Below, piece by piece: positions 23,371 through 31,852 of a stretch of DNA of 36,987 bases. Under the pieces are notes generated by a model. That model searched no databases, was not told where the DNA came from, and saw only the letters and a program-made list of their open reading frames with translations. Positions within the stretch are counted from its first letter, which is position 1. Each line of letters begins with the position of its first letter. Source of the DNA: Candidatus Methylomirabilia bacterium (GTDB lineage: Bacteria > Methylomirabilota > Methylomirabilia > Methylomirabilales > 2-02-FULL-66-22); assembly GCA_041489335.1 (NCBI GenBank), contig JBGPQZ010000001.1, positions 1 to 36,987 of the forward strand. The letters run 5' to 3'. The translations under genes and the position numbers were made by a program.

Positions 23371-25047
23371 TCAGATCCGGACAGCGGTCACGCGCAGCCC
23401 GCCGCCCGCTTGCTCGACCATGAAGGGACACTCCATTTCCGCACGGCGTCCGGCGTACTCCTGCCGGCAATGGGTCCCCCGCGTCTCCTCCCGCCGAGCG
23501 GCCGCCACCGCCACCAACTCGCCGACGACCGCCAGGTTGCGGGTCGTCAGGTAGTCGGCCGGGTATCCTTCGGGCCCGGCGTCGTCCGCCAATTCCCCCT
23601 GCAGGGCCCGCAGGCGTGCCTGCGCCTCCACCAAGCCGCCCGCCGATCGAAGCACGGAGAGACAGGTCTCGGCGGTGCGGTGGATCTCCCTGCGGATGGC
23701 GAGATGGCTCCTCCCCGCGCGACCCGCGTACGGTCGCAGGAGGTCGTTCAGGAAGGCGTCCGCCTGGTTGGCCTCGATGCGCGCCGGGGGCTTCTCCCGG
23801 CTTTCCCGCGCCGCCGCCTCCCCCGTCCGCTTCCCGAACACCAACGTCTCCGCCAGGGAATTCCCGCCGGGGCGGGTGGGCGCCCGCAGCCCACCGGCCG
23901 TCTCCCCCGCCACGAAGAGCCCGGGCACGCGGGTCCGCCCGGCCTGGTCCTCCATGTAGACGCCTCCATTGAAGCACTGGAGGACGATTCCCACCGGCAG
24001 TGGGTCGGACAGCGACAACCCCGCATCCAGGATGCGCCGACAGGTGTGGGGAACGCGCTGCAGAAGCTCCTCCGTGTTGGGCAGGCGAAGCCACGCCTCA
24101 CGCCCGGCGCGTTGCTCCTCGAAGATAGCGAGGTCCAGAAAGCGGGAGTTGTCCTCTCCGTTGAAGGGAAACACCTTCTCCGCCAGCACCTGCTCCGCGG
24201 GGACCCCCGGCGGCAGGTGCTTGGCGAGAATGTCCTCGCCCTGCGCATTCTCGAATCGCAGTCCGATCCGGTAGAACGGTTTGGAAAGGGCCAGCGGCCA
24301 GGCGGTTAGGATGCCCGGGCCGAACTGGAGGAACTCCATGTTGATGAGCCGCGCGCCGGCCTCGAGGGCAAAGGCGTACCCGTCGCCGCTCATCTCCGGC
24401 GAGACCACGTTGCGCGAGAACAGGAACCCGGCCCCGCCGCACGCCGCCACCACATTTTTCGTTTCATACAGGACGACGCGCGCCGACTTCGTGCTGACGC
24501 CGATGGCCCCCAGGGAGCCATCCGCGGACCGGATGAGCCGGGCAACCATGACCTCCTCATCCACGGCAATACCCGCCGCCCTGGCCCGCTGCGAGAGCAC
24601 CGACAGGATCTCGTACCCGGTGCGGCCGTCGGCCCGGCAGTTGCGGGGATAGGTGGCGTAATCGCTCTTGTTCTGGAGGAGCTTGCCGTCCCGCTGCTCG
24701 AAGGGGACCCCCCAGGCCACGAGTGAGCGGATCTCGGCCGGCACGTTCTCGACGAGGATCCGCACCAGGTCCGGCCGGCAGAAGGCGCCCCCGGCCTCCA
24801 CCGTGTCGCGGTAGTGGATTTCCGGGCAGTCCCGCGGTTCGGCGTCGCCCAGTGCGGCGGCGACCCCCATGATCTCGGAGCGGCCGACCGCCGCCGCCCC
24901 TCCTTCCAGCAGCCGGCGCTTGCTGGCCAGGCGGACCCGCGCGCCAGCCTCGGCCGCCGCCAGGGCCGCCCGCACCGCCGCGATGCCGCCCCCCACCACC
25001 AGGACATCCGCCGAGATTCGCTCGACGCTGAAATCGGATGGCTTCAT
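23371..25047 (-). CDS. FAD-dependent flavoprotein of the SdhA/FrdA/NadB/AprA superfamily, with no adjacent FeS subunit
   Basis: ADVLVVGGGIAAVRAALAAAEAG dinucleotide fold. C-terminal REETRGTHCRQEY matches RxE(S/T)RGxHxR. ATG 25047 (MKPSDF) is preferred over the ORF-track start at 25077. Confidence 0.8.
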   Translation of the reverse strand: MKPSDFSVERISADVLVVGGGIAAVRAALAAAEAGARVRLASKRRLLEGGAAAVGRSEIMGVAAALGDAEPRDCPEIHYRDTVEAGGAFCRPDLVRILVENVPAEIRSLVAWGVPFEQRDGKLLQNKSDYATYPRNCRADGRTGYEILSVLSQRARAAGIAVDEEVMVARLIRSADGSLGAIGVSTKSARVVLYETKNVVAACGGAGFLFSRNVVSPEMSGDGYAFALEAGARLINMEFLQFGPGILTAWPLALSKPFYRIGLRFENAQGEDILAKHLPPGVPAEQVLAEKVFPFNGEDNSRFLDLAIFEEQRAGREAWLRLPNTEELLQRVPHTCRRILDAGLSLSDPLPVGIVLQCFNGGVYMEDQAGRTRVPGLFVAGETAGGLRAPTRPGGNSLAETLVFGKRTGEAAARESREKPPARIEANQADAFLNDLLRPYAGRAGRSHLAIRREIHRTAETCLSVLRSAGGLVEAQARLRALQGELADDAGPEGYPADYLTTRNLAVVGELVAVAAARREETRGTHCRQEYAGRRAEMECPFMVEQAGGGLRVTAVRI

Positions 25048-25099
25048 CTTCCTCTCACCGCCGCTCCACCTGCCCAACCGCAGGGCGGCCGATCATGCT

Positions 25100-25885
25100 C
25101 TACCACTCGAAGCGAGGATCCCGCTTCTCGAAGAAGGCCTTCACTCCCTCGCGGGCATCCGGGGACGTGAACAGGCGGGCGAACTCGGCCTGCTCGTGTT
25201 GCAGGGATTCGGAGTCCGGCCACCGTTCGTGCCGGTTCATGATCTCCTTCCCCCGCATCATCGCCTGAAACGACACGCGCGTGAGGCCCTCGGCGAACTC
25301 GACGGCGGCGGCAAGCGCCGGCTGATCCGTGACAGTATTGACCAGCCCCCACACCTGGGCCTCCTCGGCGGTCAGGATTTTCCCCAGGAATACCATCTCC
25401 CGCGCGCGGAACAACCCGATCTTCTTGGGCAGGAGCTTCATGGCCCCGGTACCCGGCCACAGGCCGCGGCTGGCCTCGGGGAGACCCATTCGAACCTCTC
25501 GTTGGGCGATGACCAGATCCAGGGGGAGCGTGAGCTCGCACCCCCCGCCCAGCGTCACGCCGTTCAGGGCGGCGACGGTCAGCTTGGGATAGAAGAGGAG
25601 CCGATCGATCAGGCGATCCCCCCGCTCCCAGACCGCCTCGAGGTCCGGCTCGGCGGATTCCTGCCAGGACCGGGTCTGGTGAAGATCCCGGCCGGCGCAG
25701 AAGGCCTTGTCGCCTGCGCCGGTGAGGATGACGACGCGCACCCGCTCATCGGCTTCCAGGGCATCCAGGATTGCGAAGAGCTCGGCTTTCATCTCCTCCC
25801 GGATCAGGTTCAGCGGAGGGTTGTCCAGCCAGACCGTCGCCACGTACCCCCGGATCTCGTGCCGCGTGTACCGTCGTGCGTCCAT
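25100..25885 (-). CDS. Enoyl-CoA hydratase/isomerase (crotonase) family protein
   Basis: ATG 25885 (MDARRYTRHEIRGYVATVWLDNPP...) is preferred. FCAGRDL and LNGVTLGGG motifs. Confidence 0.85.
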   Translation of the reverse strand: MDARRYTRHEIRGYVATVWLDNPPLNLIREEMKAELFAILDALEADERVRVVILTGAGDKAFCAGRDLHQTRSWQESAEPDLEAVWERGDRLIDRLLFYPKLTVAALNGVTLGGGCELTLPLDLVIAQREVRMGLPEASRGLWPGTGAMKLLPKKIGLFRAREMVFLGKILTAEEAQVWGLVNTVTDQPALAAAVEFAEGLTRVSFQAMMRGKEIMNRHERWPDSESLQHEQAEFARLFTSPDAREGVKAFFEKRDPRFEW

Positions 25886-26036
25886 TCCACCCCCCCAGCG
25901 GCGGGTTATTGTCGGGACCGACACGAAACCCCGGTCAGGCCCTCAAAGAGGGTGACGATGCTGGCATCATCCTGCTCGGCCAGTCCCTTTTGGCCATGCC
26001 GGCCGTGAGCACCTCCCGCACAGCCGCTCCGAGAAA

Positions 26037-27239
26037 TCAGATGGCGTCACTCCTCTCCAGGCGCTCTATCTCTGCAGGGCCGAAGCCCGCGGAACTCAGA
26101 ATCTGCCGCGTGTGCTGTCCCAACGCCGGCGGCGGCAACTCGTACCGTGCCGGCGTGCCCAGGAAGCGAATCGGATGGGCCATGGTGCGGAAGGCTCCGT
26201 ATGCCGGGCTCTCCATCTCGACCAGCATCCGGTTGTGCACGACCTGGGGGTCTTGCATGGCCATGGCCAGATCGTTCAACGGCCCGCAGGGCACGTCCGC
26301 CGCCTGGATCTTCTCCAGCCACTCCGCCATCGTCTTCTGCTTGAACCGCTCTTCCAGGAGCGGGATGAGTTCTCGCCGATTCTTCACCCGGTCGGGATTC
26401 GTCGCGAACCGCGGATCCTTCTCCAGCTCCGGCAGCTCGAGCACCCGGCAGAGGTTGCTCCAGAACTTCGGCGTGAAGCAGGAGAGGAAGAGCCGCTTCC
26501 CGTCCTTGGCCTCGAAGGCGGCGTAAGGAACGAACGAGGGATGGGCCGTGCCATAGCGCTCCAGCTCCTGGCCCGTCGTCAGGATCTCACCTTCCCGCGG
26601 GATGAGAGAGTATAGCATGGCATTCAAGAGCGACACATCCACGTGTTGCCCCTGCCCCGAGCGCTCCCGGTGGAAGAGGGCCGCGCAGGCCGCGTAGGCC
26701 CCGACCGCCGCCCCGGCGAAATCGCCGGAGGGATTTCCCGTCAAGATGGGCGGCCCCTGGTATTCTCCGGTCAGGGCCATCATCCCGGAATAGGCCTGGA
26801 TCGTGGGATCGTCGGCCGGCCGCTCGGCGCAGGGACCGGTCTGCCCATACCCGGACAAAGAGAGGTACACCAGGTCCTCACGGACTCTTCGACAGGCGTC
26901 GTAGTCGATTCCCAGCGCGCGGGTGGTCTTGGGCCCGAGGCCCTCGACGAAGAGGTCCACGGAAGACAGCAAGCGGAAGAAGGCGGCCCGGTTTTCGTCG
27001 TGCGCCAGGTCCAGCGTCAGGCTCCGTTTGTTCCGGTTGGCGGAGACGAAGAAGGTCGAGTCGCCCCCCAGTCGGGCCTCGCCCATCGTCCGCCAGGGAT
27101 CCCCCGACGGAGGCTCGAGCTTGATGACGTCCGCCCCCATGTCCGCCAGCAGCATCCCGCAGATTGCGCCGGCCATCAACGGAGAACATTCGAGAACGCG
27201 ATACCCGCGGAGCGGCCCCTTCTCACTGTTCGAATTCAT
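26037..27239 (-). CDS. Family III CoA-transferase (CaiB/BaiF/Frc/BbsEF family)
   Basis: ATG 27239 (MNSNSEKGPLRGYRVLE...) is preferred. MGADVIKLEPP motif. Confidence 0.85.
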   Translation of the reverse strand: MNSNSEKGPLRGYRVLECSPLMAGAICGMLLADMGADVIKLEPPSGDPWRTMGEARLGGDSTFFVSANRNKRSLTLDLAHDENRAAFFRLLSSVDLFVEGLGPKTTRALGIDYDACRRVREDLVYLSLSGYGQTGPCAERPADDPTIQAYSGMMALTGEYQGPPILTGNPSGDFAGAAVGAYAACAALFHRERSGQGQHVDVSLLNAMLYSLIPREGEILTTGQELERYGTAHPSFVPYAAFEAKDGKRLFLSCFTPKFWSNLCRVLELPELEKDPRFATNPDRVKNRRELIPLLEERFKQKTMAEWLEKIQAADVPCGPLNDLAMAMQDPQVVHNRMLVEMESPAYGAFRTMAHPIRFLGTPARYELPPPALGQHTRQILSSAGFGPAEIERLERSDAI

Positions 27240-27261
27240 CGTCAACCCCTTCCACAAAGGG

Positions 27262-27287
27262 CAATGACCAAATCCCAATTGGTCATT
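27262..27287. repeat. atgacc / ggtcat hairpin between the two CoA-transferase genes
   Basis: caatgaccaaatccc 27262-27276 is identical to 16085-16099. aatgaccaa pairs with ttggtcatt (9-bp stem, 7-nt loop). Confidence 0.85.
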
Positions 27288-27327
27288 TGGTACCATGAAC
27301 TCGCGCGAGAACTGGCGAATCCTCCGG

Positions 27328-28548
27328 CTAGATCACCTTGCGTTCCCGCAGAGTTCGAATCTGTTCGTCCGTATAGCCAGCGTCCCGCAGGACGCCCTCC
27401 GCATGCTCGCCCAGCCCCGGGGGAGGCAGTCGGTACTGGGCGGGCGTCCTCTCGAACTTGACGGGATGGCCCATCAGCGTGATCTTCCCCGCTACCGGAT
27501 GCTGCATGTCAATGAGCATGCCGTTGTGGCGGGTCTGGGGATCGTGCAAGGCCTCCGTCACCGTGTGGACCGGGCCCCAGGGCACCTCGTGGCCATCCAA
27601 TCGCTCGATCCAGTAGGCCAACGGCTTCTGACGGAGGCACGCCCGGATCTCCCCGGCGAGCGCCGCCCGGTGCGCCACTCGACCCGCATTGTCCCGGTAG
27701 CGGGGGTCGGTATGCCACTCGGGCCGCTCCAGCGCCGTGCAGAGGCCGGCCCAGGGCTCCTCGGACAGGACCGAGAGGTAGATCCACTTCCCCTCGGCCG
27801 TCTCGAACGAGCCGGTTGGTGCAAAGTCCTTCCGTGCGCTTCCCATGCGCGGGGGGAGCTTGCCGGTCATGAAAAACTCACCCTCCATTGGCACCAGGGA
27901 GAAGAGCGTGGTGTCCAGCAGGCTCAGTTCGAGCTTCTGCCCCTCCCCCGTCCGCTGCCGATGAAGCAGGGCGGCCATGATTCCGGTCGCCACCAACGCG
28001 CCGGTGCCGAAATCGGGCGCCGGGTTCCCGACCCGCACGGGTCCTCCCCCCTCTTCGCCCGTCATGGACATCAGGCCGCCGATGGCCTGGACGACCGGAT
28101 CATTGGCCGGCAAGAGGCTGTAGGGGCCAGTCTGCCCGAAGGCGGAGATGGAGATGTAGATGATGTCCGGCTTGACGCGCTTTAGGCTGTCGTAGTCCAC
28201 GCCCAGTTTCGCCACCGTCCCGGGCCGGAAGTTTTCCACCGCCACGTCCGCCGTGGGCGCCAGCCGGAAGAAGACCTCCCGCCCCTCCGGGGTATTCAGA
28301 TTCAGCGTCAGGCTCCGCTTGCTCCGGTTCTGACTGAGGAACTGCGTGTTGATGCCGGCAATCTTCGTGAACCCCAGGCCCCGAGAATAGTCTCCCGAGC
28401 CGGGCTGCTCGATCTTGATGACGTCGGCGCCGAGATCGCCCAGGAGCTGGGTGCCGCACGGCCCCGCCGTCATGATGGACATGTCCAGGATGCGAATGCC
28501 GGCCAAGATCTGTTTGGTCTCGTTCACCGGAGTCCTCCGTGCTGCCAC
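27328..28548 (-). CDS. Family III CoA-transferase (second, tandem copy)
   Basis: LGADVIKIEQP motif. An alternative GTG start at 28527 is preceded by GGAGGA. Confidence 0.85.
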   Translation of the reverse strand: MAARRTPVNETKQILAGIRILDMSIMTAGPCGTQLLGDLGADVIKIEQPGSGDYSRGLGFTKIAGINTQFLSQNRSKRSLTLNLNTPEGREVFFRLAPTADVAVENFRPGTVAKLGVDYDSLKRVKPDIIYISISAFGQTGPYSLLPANDPVVQAIGGLMSMTGEEGGGPVRVGNPAPDFGTGALVATGIMAALLHRQRTGEGQKLELSLLDTTLFSLVPMEGEFFMTGKLPPRMGSARKDFAPTGSFETAEGKWIYLSVLSEEPWAGLCTALERPEWHTDPRYRDNAGRVAHRAALAGEIRACLRQKPLAYWIERLDGHEVPWGPVHTVTEALHDPQTRHNGMLIDMQHPVAGKITLMGHPVKFERTPAQYRLPPPGLGEHAEGVLRDAGYTDEQIRTLRERKVI

Positions 28549-28552
28549 CGCA

Positions 28553-29695
28553 CTACAGGGTCAACTGTCTGGCAATGACCAGCCGCTGAATCTCGTTGGT
28601 GCCGCCGAAGATCTGGAAGAGCTTCGACTCCCGGAAGTGCCGTTGCATGTCGAATTCCATGGAATAGCCGTAGCCGCCGAGGACCTGGATTCCTTCGATG
28701 GCGACCTGCACGTAGGCGTCGGAGGCGAACACCTTGGCGGAGCTGCACTCGCGGTCGGCGAACTCCCCCTGGGAGAGCAGGTATCCGGCCTGGTAGGTCA
28801 GGAGCCGGGCCGCATCCACCGCGATCTGCATGTCCACCAGCTTGTGCTGAATGGCCTGGAACTTCCCGATGGGGCGCCCGAACTGCACCCGCTCCTTGGC
28901 GTACTTCACGGCGTCGTCCACCGCGGCCTGGGCGGCTCCCACACACATGGCGGCCAGGGCGGCCCGCTCCTTGGTCAGCGTCGGCATGAGGTTGATCCAG
29001 CCGCTGTGCAACTCCCCCACCAGCCGGTCCACGGGTACCTTCACGTCGTCGAAGTAGATCTCGCACGTCCGCAGGGCATGCCCGCCGAGGAGATCGGTGG
29101 GGCGGATCTCGACGCCGGGCAGATCGCGCGGGATCAACAGAAGGCTCATCCCCTTGTGCTTTTCGGACTTGGGATCGGTGCGGACGACGGTCAGCATGTA
29201 GTCGGAGTTCAGGGCGCCGGTGATCCACATCTTGGAGCCGTTGACGACGAAGTGATCGTCCTTGAGGATGGCCGTGGTGCGCACGGCGGCGGCGTCCGAG
29301 CCCGCCTCCGCCTCGCTCAGGGCGAAGGCCAGGGAGACTTCGCCCCGGGCGATTTTGGGCAGGATCTCCGCTTTCTGTTCGGCCGTCCCGAACCGGTTGA
29401 TGGTCCCGCCGACCATGCTGACCGTCCGGTTCCAGTCGCGCGCCGGGGCGATGCTGTAGTAGGCCACGGCCTCCAGGAAGATCACCATGTCGAGGTAATC
29501 ACCATAGCCGTCATACGCCTCCGGCAGCGTGAGCGACCACCAGCCCAGCTCCACCATCTTCTTGACCAGCTCGGCGGGGTAGCGTTTCTCCTCGTCGCAC
29601 GCCCGCACGTACTCCCGCGGGCACTCGACCTTCATGAACTTGTGGATGCTCTCCTGGAACAGTTTCCGCTCATCGGTGAGGTAGGGAGTTGACAT
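28553..29695 (-). CDS. Acyl-CoA dehydrogenase
   Basis: 380 aa, ACAD fold throughout. C-terminal FGGTNEIQRLVIAR. Confidence 0.9.
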   Translation of the reverse strand: MSTPYLTDERKLFQESIHKFMKVECPREYVRACDEEKRYPAELVKKMVELGWWSLTLPEAYDGYGDYLDMVIFLEAVAYYSIAPARDWNRTVSMVGGTINRFGTAEQKAEILPKIARGEVSLAFALSEAEAGSDAAAVRTTAILKDDHFVVNGSKMWITGALNSDYMLTVVRTDPKSEKHKGMSLLLIPRDLPGVEIRPTDLLGGHALRTCEIYFDDVKVPVDRLVGELHSGWINLMPTLTKERAALAAMCVGAAQAAVDDAVKYAKERVQFGRPIGKFQAIQHKLVDMQIAVDAARLLTYQAGYLLSQGEFADRECSSAKVFASDAYVQVAIEGIQVLGGYGYSMEFDMQRHFRESKLFQIFGGTNEIQRLVIARQLTL

Positions 29696-29710
29696 GCCCG
29701 CATCTCCTTG

Positions 29711-31681
29711 TCACAGAGCCCGCACCAACAGCTCGGCAATGTCGTGCGCCTGGAGCCGTTCCGTCGCATCCTGGGAGCGGATGCCGTCCTCGAACATGCT
29801 GAGGCAGAAGGGGCACGCCGAGGCCACGATGCCCGGGCCCACCCGCAACACCTCGGCCGTGCGCTCGACGTTCACCCGAGTGCCCGCCCGCTCCTCCATC
29901 CACATCATCCCGCCGCCCGCCCCGCAGCAGAACCCCTGCTCCATGCGCCGCTCCAGTTCGAGGGGGTGGAGGCCCGGGATGGCCGCCAGCACCTGCCGCG
30001 GCGCGTCGTAAAGACCGTTGTGCCGGCCGAGGTAGCAGGAGTCGTGGTAGGCAACCGTCGCCTCCAGGCGGCCCCGGAGGGGCAGGCGGTCCTGGGCTAG
30101 GAGGTCGGCGAGGAGCGCCGTGTGGTGCAGCACCTCGTAGCGGCCGCCGAAGTGAGGGTACTCGTGGCGGAGTGTGTTGTAGCAGTGCGGACAGGCCGTC
30201 ACGATCCGCTTCACCCCGTACCGGTTCAGCGTCTCCACGTTGCCCTGGGCCTGGAGCTGGAAGAGGTACTCGTGGCCGATGCGCCGCGCCACGTCCCCCG
30301 TGCAGCGTTCCTCCTCCCCCAGGATGGCGAAATCGAGCCCCGCCGCCCGAAAGAGGCGGGCCACTGCCTGCGTCACCTTCTGCGCCCGCTCGTCGAAGGC
30401 CCCGGCGCAGCCGACCCAGAAGAGGAAGTCCGCCTGCCCTTTCTCGGCGAGCAGCGGGAGGTCTAGCCCTTTGGCCCAGGCCGTCCGGCTCGGCACCGCC
30501 CCTTGATAGGGATGGCCACGATTCTCCAGGCCGCGAAGCGCCGCCTGCATCGTCTCGGGAAACCGGGCTTCCTCCATCACTAGGTAACGCCTCATCTCGA
30601 GGATCTTGGGGATGGGCTCGATGCGGACCGGGCAGGCCTGATGACATCCGCCGCAGGTCGTGCAGGCCCAGAGCGCTTCTTCGGTCACGGTGCCGCCGAC
30701 CAGGGACCGGTCGGGCGTCTTGCCGCCCGCGTGGGCGATGAGGTGGTCGCGGAGGTCGGTAACGATTCCCTTGGGGGTGAGCGGCTTCCCCGTCCGCCAG
30801 GCGGGACAGGCGTCTTGACAGCGGCCGCACTCCGTGCAGGCGAGGAGATCCAGGAGATCCTTCCGCGGGAAGCCCTGGATGGCGGACACGCCGAAGTGCT
30901 CCGCCTCTTCCAGGGCCACCGGCTGCACTACGCCCGACGGCCGGGTGCGCGCCAGGGCGAGGTTCAGGCCCCCCGCCAGGATGTGCCGGGCCAGCGTGCT
31001 CGGTAATAGGCCGATGAAGGCGAACGCCAGGACGGCATGGCCCCACCAGGCGACCCGGTGCCAGAGGACCTGCTGTGAGGCAGACAGACCGGCAATAGCC
31101 TTGGCGGTCAGCCAGCCGCCGGGGGACCAGCCTCCCCACGGGTCGGCGGTGGCGGCGATCCGCAGGCCCTCCACCAGGAAGCCCGTCACCAGGATCCCGA
31201 AGAGCAGCCAGAGAAATACAGCATACCCTTCTCTATCTCGAGGCTTCCAGAGACGCTCGGGCCGAAAGAGATAGCGTCGTGTCAGGGCCCACCCGACGCC
31301 GACCGTGGCCGCCAGGCCGAACAGGTCCACGGTCAGCGACATGAAGTACAAATAGAATGCCCCGTGGAGCGTGGGGATCCCGAGATAGTCCTGGAGCGCG
31401 ACCAGGCAGGTGGCAATGAACAGGATGCCGAATCCCCACGAGATCGCCAGGTGCATGCTGCCCGCCGCACGCTCCGCGAGGAGGCGCCGCTGGAGGACGG
31501 CCTCGGCCAGGAGGGTCCGGAGCTGCACCGCCACCGGCGGGACCCCGGCCTCGGGTTGCCCCATCCAGATGAGCCGCCCGAGGCGGTAGCAGCCGTGGAG
31601 ACACATGGCGAGGAATGGCAGAAACAGGGGGTACATCACCCAGTGCGCCGGAATGTTCCAGTACAGCTCCCGGAAGGGCAT
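29711..31681 (-). CDS. Membrane-anchored FeS/CCG-domain oxidoreductase (HdrD/GlpC-like fused to a polytopic N-terminal domain; ETF:menaquinone oxidoreductase type)
   Basis: 656 aa. The N-terminal ~250 aa are hydrophobic and multi-TM with conserved His. CTECGRCQDACP and CTTCGGCHQACP ferredoxin motifs. Cys-rich CCG-type regions (VGCAGAF...CTGD; DSCYLGR...CCGAGGG...CPFC). Located next to etfBA. Confidence 0.8.
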   Translation of the reverse strand: MPFRELYWNIPAHWVMYPLFLPFLAMCLHGCYRLGRLIWMGQPEAGVPPVAVQLRTLLAEAVLQRRLLAERAAGSMHLAISWGFGILFIATCLVALQDYLGIPTLHGAFYLYFMSLTVDLFGLAATVGVGWALTRRYLFRPERLWKPRDREGYAVFLWLLFGILVTGFLVEGLRIAATADPWGGWSPGGWLTAKAIAGLSASQQVLWHRVAWWGHAVLAFAFIGLLPSTLARHILAGGLNLALARTRPSGVVQPVALEEAEHFGVSAIQGFPRKDLLDLLACTECGRCQDACPAWRTGKPLTPKGIVTDLRDHLIAHAGGKTPDRSLVGGTVTEEALWACTTCGGCHQACPVRIEPIPKILEMRRYLVMEEARFPETMQAALRGLENRGHPYQGAVPSRTAWAKGLDLPLLAEKGQADFLFWVGCAGAFDERAQKVTQAVARLFRAAGLDFAILGEEERCTGDVARRIGHEYLFQLQAQGNVETLNRYGVKRIVTACPHCYNTLRHEYPHFGGRYEVLHHTALLADLLAQDRLPLRGRLEATVAYHDSCYLGRHNGLYDAPRQVLAAIPGLHPLELERRMEQGFCCGAGGGMMWMEERAGTRVNVERTAEVLRVGPGIVASACPFCLSMFEDGIRSQDATERLQAHDIAELLVRAL

Positions 31682-31743
31682 GCCCTAGTTCCTCGGCTCA
31701 ATGCGGTTCACTTTCCCGCACCACACGACGCCACCGTTCCCCC

Positions 31744-31790
31744 AAATCCCCCCATCCCCCCCTTTGCCAAAGGGGGGCGAGGGGGGATTT
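31744..31790. repeat. G/C-run hairpin element between etfA and the membrane oxidoreductase gene
   Basis: aaatcccccc at ccccccc tttgccaaa gggggg cga gggggg attt read directly. Confidence 0.85.
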
Positions 31791-31852
31791 CAGCGGGCAA
31801 TGGCTCAAGCGAACAGCATTGCTCCTTAACTCGCGTGCCGGCGCCAGCGCAA

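Noticed and set aside
22580-24094. Long N-terminal extensions given by the ORF track for the crotonase (to 24094), etfB (32890-33864) and dctM (33812-35257)
   Set aside because: Homology starts at internal ATGs (23356, 33690, 35095). These have SD sequences or ATGA coupling. The extensions overlap upstream genes or spacers and are compositionally unlike the mature proteins.
27353-27361. tRNA T-arm-like gttcgaatc
   Set aside because: It lies inside the CoA-transferase coding frame, with no acceptor or anticodon arms around it. It is coincidental.
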